Shown: positions 38,299 to 49,036 of the stretch, one piece after another
Numbering within the stretch: the first letter of the stretch is position 1
Layout of the letters: each line of letters starts with the position of its first letter
Origin: an uncultured Solirubrobacterales bacterium
Lineage (GTDB): Bacteria; Actinomycetota; Thermoleophilia; Solirubrobacterales; Solirubrobacteraceae
DNA: 64,000 nucleotides
Assembly (NCBI GenBank): GCA_963708315.1
Contig: OY970204.1
Coordinates: 954,272-1,018,271, forward strand
Reading direction: 5' to 3'
Position numbers and translations under genes: made by a program
The notes under the pieces: generated by a model
Told to the model about the DNA's origin: nothing
What the model saw: the letters and a program-made list of their open reading frames with translations, nothing else
Databases searched by the model: none

Positions 38299-40338
38299 AT
38301 GCTACGTCGTGTTCTGATCGTGCTTGTGACGCCGGTGTTGTTGGGGTTGCTACCAGGCGGGGCGTCCGCCGCGCCATGCCCTAACGAAACATTGCGCACC
38401 GGATCATCCGCCAACCTCCCCGACTGCCGCGCCTACGAGCTCGTCACGCCAGCCAATTCGGGCGGCCGCAAGATCTGGCCGGGCCTCTCTGCAGATGACA
38501 AACGTGGACCGCTCTTTGCCACGGAACTCGGCTCGAGCGATGGTGACAGCCTGCTCTTCGGCGACAACGGCGACCCGCTCGCCGAACCGTCCGGGAGCAA
38601 CGGGACCCGTGAGGACTACCAGGCCGTGAGAACCACCTCCGGCTGGCGCACCGTCCGGCTGCTGACGCCCTCGCGCGAACAGATCGGCGAAACGGCGATT
38701 GCGCTCGGCGGTGTGTCCGACGCTCATGAATTCACGTCCATGATACTCAACCCCGCCAGACCCGGGGAAGAAGGGTCGCTCAGCGATGTCGCGAAGGTAT
38801 CGAACTACCTGCAGGGTCCCGACGGCTCTTTTGCACTGGTTGGGGTTGGCAGTCTCGGGGTCGAACGGGAAAGCGAAGCGAGGTGGATCAGTCCGGATGG
38901 GAGCCATGTCATTTTCGTCACCGGCGGTCAGCGCGCTTTCTCGGGAGCGGAAATGAAGCAACTTGAGCCGAACGCTCCGGCTACTGGTACCCAGGCGATT
39001 TATGATCGGAGTGCTCTTGGTGGTCCGACGCGGGTGGTGTCGCTTTTGCCGGGCGATGTGACGCCCACCGGTGGGGAGAACGATGGGAGGGCGACATATT
39101 TGGGGGCTTCTGAGGATGGTTCCGCGGTTGCGTTCAAGATCGGTAACGGTGGCGGAACCTATGTGCGTTTGGATGATTCCGTGACCGTTGCGGTTCCGGA
39201 CGTGAGTCCGCAGACGTTCGCTGGGCTCAGCAGTACGGGTGATCGGTTGACGTTCGTTGAAGGTGGTGACATCTTCTCCTATGACACGCAGACCGAAGAG
39301 TTGCAGCGCGCGAGCAGTGTCGGCGACGCTGAAGTGGTCAACGTCTGCGCGGACGGGTCGCATGTCTACTTCATCTCACACTCACAGATCGCGGGAGCAG
39401 GGAAAGCAGGAGAACCAAACCTTTACGTCTGGGACGCCGCGAGCGAAGAAACACGGTTCATCGCGACGGTTTCCCCAGGAGACGTAGGCTCTCTGACCAA
39501 CTGGACCACACAGGTCTTCGAGGTCGAAAACCCTGGTGATGCGGGTCCTGGTTCGAACGCTTCACGGACGAATCCCGATGGTTCGGTGATCGCGTTTGAG
39601 TCGGCTGCCGAACTGACCGGATATGCAAACGCCGGGCACCGGGAGATCTATCGTTACGACACGCGGGATCACAGTCTTGTGTGTGTATCGTGTAACCCGA
39701 GCGGCGCCCCGGCTACCGGCGACGCGCGCTTTGAGTCCATCGGCCCCTTTGGATTGAGCAGCGAGGTTGTGGTTCACAACCTTAGCGATGACGGCGAGCG
39801 GGTCGTCTTCGAAACCGAAGAAGCGCTGGTTTCCCAAGACGTGGACGGGATCACCGATATCTACGAGTGGACCGGGGGCGCCGTGCCGAGTGTCGCCCTC
39901 ATCACCTCCGGCCAGACGTCGCGCTATATCGGCGGAGAAGAACAGGAACCGAACGTGCTGACAGCGGTCACGCCCGACGGGGGGGACGTGTTCTTCATTA
40001 CAGAGGATGCGTTGGCTTCAGGGGCGCCGACCGGCGGGGCGAGCGGTGTCTATGACGCCCGCGTCGGCGGCGGCTTCGCGGCGGCGCCGAACACGCCGTG
40101 CAGCGGTGAAGCATGCCAGCCGGCAAGCATCGCGCCCACGCTGGGCGAGGAGGCCGCGAGCTCCATGTACACCGGCCCCGGCAACGTGCCGGCGGAGAAG
40201 GCGCCGGCGAAGAAGAAGGCGCCGGCGAAGAAGAAGGCGCAGGGGAAACGTCCTCATAAGCACCGCAAGCACAAGCAAGGCAAGCGCCAGGGCGGTAAGG
40301 CCGGGCGAGCGCACCGATCGATGGGAGGCGGCCGATGA
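38299..40338 (+). CDS. Secreted TolB/WD40-like beta-propeller repeat protein with Lys/His-rich tail
   Basis: GGAGGGG RBS; signal peptide; LPDCRAYELV; repeated SxDGSxVxF blades; PAKKKA 18-bp tandem repeats. Confidence 0.72.
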   Translation: MLRRVLIVLVTPVLLGLLPGGASAAPCPNETLRTGSSANLPDCRAYELVTPANSGGRKIWPGLSADDKRGPLFATELGSSDGDSLLFGDNGDPLAEPSGSNGTREDYQAVRTTSGWRTVRLLTPSREQIGETAIALGGVSDAHEFTSMILNPARPGEEGSLSDVAKVSNYLQGPDGSFALVGVGSLGVERESEARWISPDGSHVIFVTGGQRAFSGAEMKQLEPNAPATGTQAIYDRSALGGPTRVVSLLPGDVTPTGGENDGRATYLGASEDGSAVAFKIGNGGGTYVRLDDSVTVAVPDVSPQTFAGLSSTGDRLTFVEGGDIFSYDTQTEELQRASSVGDAEVVNVCADGSHVYFISHSQIAGAGKAGEPNLYVWDAASEETRFIATVSPGDVGSLTNWTTQVFEVENPGDAGPGSNASRTNPDGSVIAFESAAELTGYANAGHREIYRYDTRDHSLVCVSCNPSGAPATGDARFESIGPFGLSSEVVVHNLSDDGERVVFETEEALVSQDVDGITDIYEWTGGAVPSVALITSGQTSRYIGGEEQEPNVLTAVTPDGGDVFFITEDALASGAPTGGASGVYDARVGGGFAAAPNTPCSGEACQPASIAPTLGEEAASSMYTGPGNVPAEKAPAKKKAPAKKKAQGKRPHKHRKHKQGKRQGGKAGRAHRSMGGGR

Positions 40339-43268
40339 CGTACATTTCGAGCAAGCTAAGGCTAATCGTCCTTGCGCTGGTCGCTGCGGCCCTCGCGTGT
40401 GCGGGTCTCGGCGCGGGCGTCGCGAGCGCGGGTGGTTTCAATGAATATGGCATCGAATCGTTCGTAGCCAAAGAGTCGACCTCCCGGGCGGGGATGCATC
40501 CAGACTTTACGACCAAGCTGGTCTTCAATCACACCACCGAAGAAGAAATCATGTACGCGAAGGGGCTGACCGAAACCGTATCGGTCACGCTTCCTCCTGG
40601 CCTGATCGGGGATCCCGGGAACATGCCGCTGTGCTCCACCGGGGACTTCCAGCACCAGAACTGTCCGCTGGATTCGCAGGTTGGCATGGTCAGGCTCCGT
40701 CTGAATGAATCGCCGGAGGAATTCCCTCCTAGCATAGCTCCTGAAGAATGGCCGCCCGTCATTCAGCCGCTCTACGTCCTGCAGCCGCCGAATCATGAAA
40801 TGCCTGCTCGCCTGGGTTTCTGGGGAGGGCCGGTACTCCCGGTGTTCCTCGACGTCTCGGTGCGCACCGGGGGGGACTATGGCGTCACCGCCACCGCGCG
40901 TGCGCTGCCCGCGGCCGAACGTATCGTGTCGGCGACGACCGAAATCTGGGGCGAACCCGCCAACCCGGTCCACAATCCGCAGCGCATGAAGATAATCGAA
41001 GCCGAACATTGCACCGAATTGGGGGAACCCGGTATCGCTTGTCTTGCGCCGGGCAAGGAACGGCCGAGTGGGCTTTCGCCGTCGCTGCCGTTCATGTCGA
41101 ATCCGGTTGGCTGCGGCAGCCTACAACTGGAAGCGACCGCGAAGAGTTATAACCTCCCGGGAATCTTTCGTCAGGACGCTTTGATGAGTCCGATCACGGG
41201 TTGTGGGTCGGTGTTGTTTCAGCCGAGTTTGACGGTGGTGCCGTCGAGTCGTGTTGCGGGTGCGCCGACGGGGTTGAGCGCGGTGTTGAGGATCCCGCAG
41301 ACGAATGATGTGAACTTGCCGGCGAGTTCGCCGTTGAAGGACGCGAAGGTGACGTTGCCGGAAGGGATGACGATCTCCTCGGCTGCGGCGGATGGGCTTG
41401 AAGGGTGTTCGGCAGCGCAGGCTGGTTATGCGCCACCAGTGTCGATCCAAGCAGAAGAAGCGAGCCCGCCGATGGACGCTAAATGTCCGGAAGGCGCGAA
41501 GATCGGTTTGGCGACGATCGTGTCGCCTGATCTGGCGCAGCCGTTGCATGGTGGGATTTATCAGCGTGCTCAGGGTGAAGCTCCGTATTTGAATGCGGGG
41601 GAACCGGGGCAGTTGTTGGGTATCTGGCTCGTGGTGGATGAATTGGGGTTGCATATCAAGATTCCGGGTGTGATCCAGGCGGACCCGACGACGGGACGGT
41701 TGACTACGACGTTCTCGAATACGCCGCAGGTTCCGGTCGAAGAAATCGACTTGGAGTTCAAGAGCGGACCGCGAGCGCCGTTGCGTAATCCGGAGGCGTG
41801 CGGGGAATACAAGACCGAATATGAATTGACGCCGTGGTCGGGGAATCCGCCGGTGAGGGGTCAGGCCGTGATGAGTATCACTGAAGGGTGTGGTGCGCCG
41901 GGGTTCGCGCCGACGCTCTCGGCTGGGACGACGAGTCCCGTGGCGGGTGGGTTCTCGCCGTTTCAGTTCACGCTGCAGCAGGCCTCAGGTGAACAGAACC
42001 TGAGTCAGTTGGAAGCAACCCTGCCCCCGGGTTTGGTAGCGAAGCTTGCGGGTGTCCCGTTGTGTTCCGAACCGCAGGCCGCGAGCGGGGAATGCCCGGC
42101 TGGGTCGCAGATTGGGTCTGTGTTGGCGGCCACTGGTCCTGGCACTAGTCCGTTGTGGTTGCCGCAGCCGGGTAAGAGCCCAACGGCGGTGTATTTGGGT
42201 GGTCCGTATGAGGGCGCACCGTTGAGTTTGATCGTGAAGACTCCTGCTCAGGCCGGCCCGTTTGATCTGGGGAACGTGATCGTCAGGGCGACGATACGGA
42301 TCGATCCGAACACCGCACAGGTCAGCGTCAAGACCGATCCGGTGCCGCAGATCATTCAGGGCATCCCGATCCAGTACCGCACGATCCAGGTCCTCTTGGA
42401 CAAGTCCGGGTTCGTGCTCAACCCCACCAATTGCGAACCGATGAGCGTCAACGCTACCGTAACGTCGGTCAAGGGCGCTGTGGCTGCGTTGTCGAACCGG
42501 TTCCAGGTCGGTGATTGTGCGAGCCTCCCGTTCAAACCAGCAATGGTCATCAGCACCCAGGGCAAAACAAGCAAAGCCAACGGCGCGAGCCTCACCGTCA
42601 AACTAGTCCAGAAACCCGGTGAAGCAAACATCCACAAGGTTGATCTCACGCTCCCGAAGGCACTGCCGGCACGCTTGACGACGCTTCAGAAAGCGTGCAC
42701 GGAAACACAGTTCGCGACCAACCCCGCAGGCTGCCCTCCGGGATCGTTCATCGGGACAGCAAAGGCCTTCACGCCGATCCTGAGCGTCCCGTTGACGGGT
42801 CCGGCGATCCTGGTCTCCCACGGTGGCGCGGCGTTCCCGGATGTCGTGTTCCTGCTGCAAGCAAACGAACGCGGAGCGGACATCCGCATCGACCTAGACG
42901 GCAAGACGGAGATCAAGAAGGGCATCACCTACTCCCGTTTTGAAACGGTCCCCGACGCCCCGATCTCCAGCTTCGAAACGAACCTCCCCCAAGGCCCACA
43001 CTCCGTCCTAGCAGCAAACGCGAACCTCTGCACCACCAAACCCACGACACCCACCCAGCTCACCGGACAGAACGGCACGACGATCAACCAGAACACGAAG
43101 GTCACCGTCACCGGTTGTCCCAAGACCAAGACCCTCACCCGCGCACAAAAACTCGCACTCGCACTAAAAACCTGCCACAAGAAGCCCAAAGGCGCCAAAC
43201 GTGCCAGTTGTGAACGTCAGGCACGCAAGAAATACGCGCCCATCAAAAAGAAGGCCAAGAAGAAGTAG
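40335..43268 (+). CDS. Large secreted Cys-containing repeat protein
   Basis: Signal peptide; four internal repeats of LPxG...C......CP..S.IG; C-terminal TRAQKLALALKTCHKK...CERQARKKY and poly-Lys. Confidence 0.75.
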   Translation: MTYISSKLRLIVLALVAAALACAGLGAGVASAGGFNEYGIESFVAKESTSRAGMHPDFTTKLVFNHTTEEEIMYAKGLTETVSVTLPPGLIGDPGNMPLCSTGDFQHQNCPLDSQVGMVRLRLNESPEEFPPSIAPEEWPPVIQPLYVLQPPNHEMPARLGFWGGPVLPVFLDVSVRTGGDYGVTATARALPAAERIVSATTEIWGEPANPVHNPQRMKIIEAEHCTELGEPGIACLAPGKERPSGLSPSLPFMSNPVGCGSLQLEATAKSYNLPGIFRQDALMSPITGCGSVLFQPSLTVVPSSRVAGAPTGLSAVLRIPQTNDVNLPASSPLKDAKVTLPEGMTISSAAADGLEGCSAAQAGYAPPVSIQAEEASPPMDAKCPEGAKIGLATIVSPDLAQPLHGGIYQRAQGEAPYLNAGEPGQLLGIWLVVDELGLHIKIPGVIQADPTTGRLTTTFSNTPQVPVEEIDLEFKSGPRAPLRNPEACGEYKTEYELTPWSGNPPVRGQAVMSITEGCGAPGFAPTLSAGTTSPVAGGFSPFQFTLQQASGEQNLSQLEATLPPGLVAKLAGVPLCSEPQAASGECPAGSQIGSVLAATGPGTSPLWLPQPGKSPTAVYLGGPYEGAPLSLIVKTPAQAGPFDLGNVIVRATIRIDPNTAQVSVKTDPVPQIIQGIPIQYRTIQVLLDKSGFVLNPTNCEPMSVNATVTSVKGAVAALSNRFQVGDCASLPFKPAMVISTQGKTSKANGASLTVKLVQKPGEANIHKVDLTLPKALPARLTTLQKACTETQFATNPAGCPPGSFIGTAKAFTPILSVPLTGPAILVSHGGAAFPDVVFLLQANERGADIRIDLDGKTEIKKGITYSRFETVPDAPISSFETNLPQGPHSVLAANANLCTTKPTTPTQLTGQNGTTINQNTKVTVTGCPKTKTLTRAQKLALALKTCHKKPKGAKRASCERQARKKYAPIKKKAKKK

Positions 43269-43274
43269 CCGCGA

Positions 43275-43649
43275 CTACCAGACGACGGGCACGTCATATG
43301 GGGGGAAGGCGCGGTCGCCGGTGACGATCGCGCAGCCCTCAAGCTGTGCCTGGGCGATCAGCAGTCGGTCGAAGGGGTCGCGGTGATGGAAGGGCAGCTC
43401 ACCGGTGGCGAGGGCGTGTCGAGGGGTGATTGGCAAAAGCTCGGCGCCGACTTTGTCGGCGCGCTCGATCAGGTCGCCCGGCGCGTCCAGCTTGCCGATC
43501 GAGCGCTTGATCGCGATCTCCCAGATGTTGACGGCGCTGCCGACTACGCTCGCGCCGGGCTTCTCGATGGCGGTTTGGGCGCCGGACGATAGCTCATAGT
43601 CGCCGGAGAGGAACGCCAGCAGGGCGTGTGTGTCCAGCAGGAGCCTCAC
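43275..43649 (-). CDS. vapC: PIN-domain toxin VapC
   Basis: LLLDTH, WEIAIK, HHRDPFDRLLIAQA, VTGD. Confidence 0.92.
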   Translation of the reverse strand: MRLLLDTHALLAFLSGDYELSSGAQTAIEKPGASVVGSAVNIWEIAIKRSIGKLDAPGDLIERADKVGAELLPITPRHALATGELPFHHRDPFDRLLIAQAQLEGCAIVTGDRAFPPYDVPVVW

Positions 43650-43891
43650 TCGTCGTCGATCATGCCGAACGCGCGTTGAAGATCCTCGGGCAGCTCGTCG
43701 AAGTCATCGGCGATCCTGACCTTGCCCTTCCAGATGCCCTTGAGCGCCAGCAGGCCGCGCGGCTCCTCATAGGGGACAATCTTCGCGACCGGGCGCCCCG
43801 AGCGTTCCACGATCACGTCCTCGCCCCGGCGGGCCTGCTCGACCAGGCGCGAGAGTTGAGTCTTGGCCTCATGCATTCCCACACGTGTCAT
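43646..43891 (-). CDS. Phd/YefM-family antitoxin
   Basis: MHEAKTQLSRLVEQA..GEDVIV...GRPVAKIVP; G.WKG....DDFDE; overlaps vapC. Confidence 0.9.
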   Translation of the reverse strand: MTRVGMHEAKTQLSRLVEQARRGEDVIVERSGRPVAKIVPYEEPRGLLALKGIWKGKVRIADDFDELPEDLQRAFGMIDDE

Positions 43892-43904
43892 GACAAGGAC
43901 GATC

Positions 43905-43938
43905 ATAGTAGACTTAGTCCGGCTTAGCTAAGTCCGGA
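43905..43938 (-). promoter_or_regulatory. TA promoter/operator
   Basis: TACTAT -10 on minus strand; inverted repeat GACTTAG (43911) / CTAAGTC (43928) and near-palindrome CCGGCTTAGCTAAGTCCGG. Confidence 0.55.
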
Positions 43939-44229
43939 TTTGCGTTCCGGTATGCGCTACGTCCCTCTCGCGGCGCCGGCGGCTGCGGTGACCGGCGCCA
44001 ACAACGATCTCGGTGGGGCCGGCTATGGGTCACCCCTCAAAGCCCGCCCCCGCGAACCCCCTGCAAATACGCTCGCAACCGTGGTAGGAGCCAAAGGGCG
44101 TCCGCTAGACTGCGCCGCGGGCAAGCGCCGGCCGCCGGACACGCTCTCCGCATCGGAGAGAGACCCCGAAATCCGCGCCCCAGAGCCGAATTCGCGCCTG
44201 AGCGCGGACGGACGCGCCCCACACCCTGA

Positions 44230-45279
<1,050 letters not shown>

Positions 45280-45284
45280 CCGGT

Positions 45285-45385
45285 CCGCGGCGATCTGCGC
45301 CACCCGCGATGCTCGACGTGCTGGCCGATCCCGGACGATCGGTAGCACGCCTGCGCTCGCATGCGGCCATCTGTATCTGTCTGGA
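45285..45385. repeat. Structured intergenic element sharing a core with the 25962 MITE interior
   Basis: CTGCGC..GCTCGACGTGC-hairpin-GCACGCCTGCGC, compared with the MITE reverse strand CTGCGC..GCTTGCACGTGC-loop-GCATGCGCTGCGC. Confidence 0.45.
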
Positions 45386-45447
45386 TGTAGCGTCGATCGG
45401 GGACGACGCGTACCCTCTGCAATGAACGCTTCGGAAGGCCCTGACTC

Positions 45448-46401
45448 GTGTATGACAAGACGGTTCGCCGTCGACGTGTGGTGCTCGCGCTGCTCGTCGT
45501 GCTCTCCCTGATCCTCCTGACGGCCTACTTCGGCGAGGCCTCGGGCGGGCGCCTGCATTCGGTGCAGCGCGGTTTTCTGACGGTCGTCTCGCCGATTCAG
45601 GATGGCGCGAACAAGGCGCTGAAGCCCGTGCGCGACCTGTTCGGCTGGTTCGGGGACACGCTGCACGCCAAAGGCCAGAACGCCGAACTGCGCAAACAGG
45701 TCGCGACGCTGCGCCGCGAGGTCGTCACCGAGCGTGTCGATCAGCAGTCCTACCACCAGCTGCTCACCATGTTCCACCTCGACAACCAGCTGAGCATCGC
45801 CGACTACCGGCCGGTGACGGCGACGGTCGTCGGCAAAACGCCGAACATCTGGTACTCGACCGTCACGATCGACAAGGGCACCTCGGCGGGAGTGCGAGTC
45901 GAAGATCCCGTGATCAACGACGAAGGGCTCGTCGGCAAGGTCACGCTCGCCGCCTCCGACGGCGCCCAGGTGAGCCTCATCACCGACAGCTCGATGGGGG
46001 TGAGCGCACGCATTGGCTCCTCCTCGGCGACCGGCATCGTTCAGCCGAAGGTGGGCGACCCCAACGATCTGCTGCTCCAGTACCTGCCGGGTGGCACGGC
46101 CGCCCTCAAGGGCGAATACGTCTACACCTCAGGCACCGTCGCGAGTCCCGACGACTCGCTGTACCCGCGCGGCATCCCGATCGGGCAGGTGACTTCGGTC
46201 GATGAAGAAAGCGCGTACGAGTCGGTCAATGTGCACCCGCTCGCGAACCTGCGCAACCTCGACGTCGTGCAGGTGCTGACGGCCGCCGCAGGCTCACAGC
46301 CCGCGCGGCTGAGCAGTCTCCTGTCGAACCTCCCGGCCGGTGGACATCCGAGCACCGAAACCGGGACCGCCGGGCAGCTCGCCTCCACGGGAGCTGGATA
46401 G
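45448..46401 (+). CDS. mreC: Rod shape-determining protein MreC
   Basis: TM plus coiled coil; IDKG...GV, GLVGKV, TSG, YPRGIPIG; follows mreB. Confidence 0.92.
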   Translation: MYDKTVRRRRVVLALLVVLSLILLTAYFGEASGGRLHSVQRGFLTVVSPIQDGANKALKPVRDLFGWFGDTLHAKGQNAELRKQVATLRREVVTERVDQQSYHQLLTMFHLDNQLSIADYRPVTATVVGKTPNIWYSTVTIDKGTSAGVRVEDPVINDEGLVGKVTLAASDGAQVSLITDSSMGVSARIGSSSATGIVQPKVGDPNDLLLQYLPGGTAALKGEYVYTSGTVASPDDSLYPRGIPIGQVTSVDEESAYESVNVHPLANLRNLDVVQVLTAAAGSQPARLSSLLSNLPAGGHPSTETGTAGQLASTGAG

Positions 46402-46976
46402 TGGGCGAACAAGGCGTCTCCAGTGGGCTGATCGCGCGCATCGCCGCGCTGTCACTGGTCATCGTGTTCTTCCAGGCGGGCGTCGTCTCCGAGGTGCCCG
46501 TGTTCGGCGTGACCGTCGACCTGTCACCGCTGCTGGTCGCGTTCATCGGATTGCTGTGCGGCTCCACCGTCGGCGCCGCGAGCGGGTTCGCCGTCGGGTT
46601 GCTCGTCGATCTCGCGCTCGTGCAGACGCTTGGGTTGACCTCGCTGGTGTTCACGCTCGTCGGCTACTGGTGCGGGCGCTTGCGTGAGCTGCGCGACCCG
46701 CAGGCGGCGCTGACGCCGCTGTTGGTGGGGGCCGGCGCCACGGCCGCCTCACTCGTGGTCTACTCGCTGATGGAGTTCATGCTCGGCGTCGACGCCCCCG
46801 TCAGCCTGGAGCTGTTGCGCCAGATCGTGCTCGGGGTGCTCGTCAACACGATCGTCGCGCTACCTATGTGGGTGCTCGTGCGCCGCTGCCTGATCGGCGG
46901 TCTGCCCGAAGATCCGCGCCGCCGACGCCGACGCGCCTACACGACCGGCGGGTTGAGCCCGCTGTCGAGAACGTAG
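46401..46976 (+). CDS. mreD: Rod shape-determining protein MreD
   Basis: Hydrophobic, GFAVGLLVD; between mreC and mrdA. Confidence 0.88.
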   Translation: MGEQGVSSGLIARIAALSLVIVFFQAGVVSEVPVFGVTVDLSPLLVAFIGLLCGSTVGAASGFAVGLLVDLALVQTLGLTSLVFTLVGYWCGRLRELRDPQAALTPLLVGAGATAASLVVYSLMEFMLGVDAPVSLELLRQIVLGVLVNTIVALPMWVLVRRCLIGGLPEDPRRRRRRAYTTGGLSPLSRT

Positions 46977-46989
46977 GCGGTCGGACCGT

Positions 46990-49029
46990 ATGAGCGCGAT
47001 CGAAGGCTTTCGCTCCGGCGATACCAGCGGCGGCGGGTCTGCCGGGTCGGCCGGTGGTACCCGCATGCCCCCCGTCTCGCCGCAGATGGCCTTTCGCGTG
47101 GCGATCCTCGGCGGGATCGCCGTGGTGATGTTCGGGGTGATCTTCTTCCGGCTGTGGTACCTGCAGGTGCTCACCGGCGAACGCTATGTCCAGGAAGCCG
47201 CCGTCAACAGCGTGCGCGACCTGCCGATCGCCGCACCGCGCGGGCAGATATTCGACCGCGAAGGTAAGCCAATCGCCGCGAGCACGGTCACCAACGCGGT
47301 GCAGATCGTTCCCTCCGCGCTGCCACCCGCGGGCGCCCCTCGGCTGGCGCTGTACCGGCGGCTGGGGGGGCTGCTGGGGATGAGCGCTCAGCACGTCGAG
47401 GCGCTCGTGATCAAGGGCCGCACCGCCCTGCCCTATGCCCCGGTGACGATCAAGACCGACGCCGGGCGTGGCGTGCTGACCGTGCTCGCCGAGCGCCAGA
47501 ACAAGTTCCCCGGCGTCACCCAGCAGCCCGTCTCGATCCGCTCCTACCCCTACGGGGAAATGGCCGCGCAGGTGCTGGGCTACGTCGGTCAGGTCTCCGA
47601 ACGGGAGCTGAAGCTGCGCCCGTTCGCCGGCGTAAAGCAGGGGACGGTGGTCGGTCAGGAAGGGTTGGAGTACTACTACGATCGCTACCTGCGCGGTAAC
47701 GACGGGGTACAGCGCGTGCAGGTCAACTCCGAAGGCTATCCCGAGCCCACGCGCCTGCAGCCGACGCCGCCCAAGGCCGGCTACAGCCTCAAGGTCACGC
47801 TCGACCTCGGCCTGCAGCACGAGGCCGAAAAAGCGCTGCTGCAGGGCATCGAAAACGCCCGCGCGGGCGGCAAACCGGCGACCGCGGGCGCGTTCACGGC
47901 GCTGAACCCGTTGAACGGAGAAGTCCTCGCGATCGGCTCCTATCCGAGCTTCGATCCGAACAAGTTCGCCAAACCGCTGACGCAGCGCGAATACGCCGAA
48001 CTGGAGGGCAAGGCCGGCGCCTCCGGTGGCGAAGAAGCCCCCGCGCGGCTGACCGACCGCGCCGTCAATGGCGCCTACCCGACGGGCTCGACGTTCAAGC
48101 CGTTCACCGCGATGGGGGCCCTGGAAGCAGGAGTCATCAACCCCAGCGAGGGTCTTGGGGCGGGGCAGTGCATCCACGTCTCCACCGAGCAGTTCTGCAA
48201 CGCCGGCAAGGCCGACTACGGCCCCGTAGGGCTTGTCGAAGCGTTGAAGGTCTCATCGGATACGTACTTCTTCGAAGTTGGCGAGCTCGCCAACCACTAT
48301 CACGAAGTGATCCAGAACATGGCTCGTGAGCTGGGCATCGGCCACACCACCGGGATCGACCTGCCGAGCGAGATCCAAGGCACGATCCCCGATCCGGCGT
48401 GGCGGGCGAAACAGGACGCGGCCGAGCTCAAATGCCGGCGTGTCAGGCATGTCGCCTCGTGTGGGATCGTGGCCGAACCAAGAGCATGGAGCGTTGGCGA
48501 CAACATGGACCTGGCGGTCGGTCAGGGCGATCTGCTGACCTCACCGCTGCAGATGGCGGTCGCCTACTCGACGCTGGCGAACGCGTTCATGCACGGCGGT
48601 TACGGCACGGTCGTGCGCCCGCATCTGGGCAAGGAGATCGATGAAGCCGACGGCGGACTCGTGCAGAGCCTGAACTTCCCGCCGGCACGGCATGTGCGCC
48701 TGAACTACTCAGACCTCAGTCTTGTGATGGAAGGCATCCACGAGGCCGCCAGCCAGCCGGGCGGCACCTCCGCGGATGTGTGGAGCGGCTGGGACCAGTC
48801 CCAGCATCCCGTCTACGGCAAGACGGGCACGGCCGAACACACCGGCAAGGAAGACCAGTCCTGGTACATGTGCCTCGTCGGGGACCCTCAGCGCCCGATC
48901 GTGATCGCCGTCACCGTCGAACAGGGCGGCTTCGGCGCGGAAACCGCGGCGCCGATCGCTCGCCTGATCGCCTCGAAGTGGTTCGGCAAGCCCGAGCAGT
49001 TCGTCTCCGGGACCTCCAAGACGTTTTGA
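46990..49029 (+). CDS. mrdA: Penicillin-binding protein 2
   Basis: RLWYLQV, APRGQIFDR, RSYP, GSTFK, SSDTYF, GKTGTAE. Confidence 0.93.
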   Translation: MSAIEGFRSGDTSGGGSAGSAGGTRMPPVSPQMAFRVAILGGIAVVMFGVIFFRLWYLQVLTGERYVQEAAVNSVRDLPIAAPRGQIFDREGKPIAASTVTNAVQIVPSALPPAGAPRLALYRRLGGLLGMSAQHVEALVIKGRTALPYAPVTIKTDAGRGVLTVLAERQNKFPGVTQQPVSIRSYPYGEMAAQVLGYVGQVSERELKLRPFAGVKQGTVVGQEGLEYYYDRYLRGNDGVQRVQVNSEGYPEPTRLQPTPPKAGYSLKVTLDLGLQHEAEKALLQGIENARAGGKPATAGAFTALNPLNGEVLAIGSYPSFDPNKFAKPLTQREYAELEGKAGASGGEEAPARLTDRAVNGAYPTGSTFKPFTAMGALEAGVINPSEGLGAGQCIHVSTEQFCNAGKADYGPVGLVEALKVSSDTYFFEVGELANHYHEVIQNMARELGIGHTTGIDLPSEIQGTIPDPAWRAKQDAAELKCRRVRHVASCGIVAEPRAWSVGDNMDLAVGQGDLLTSPLQMAVAYSTLANAFMHGGYGTVVRPHLGKEIDEADGGLVQSLNFPPARHVRLNYSDLSLVMEGIHEAASQPGGTSADVWSGWDQSQHPVYGKTGTAEHTGKEDQSWYMCLVGDPQRPIVIAVTVEQGGFGAETAAPIARLIASKWFGKPEQFVSGTSKTF

Positions 49030-49036
49030 GCCCCTC

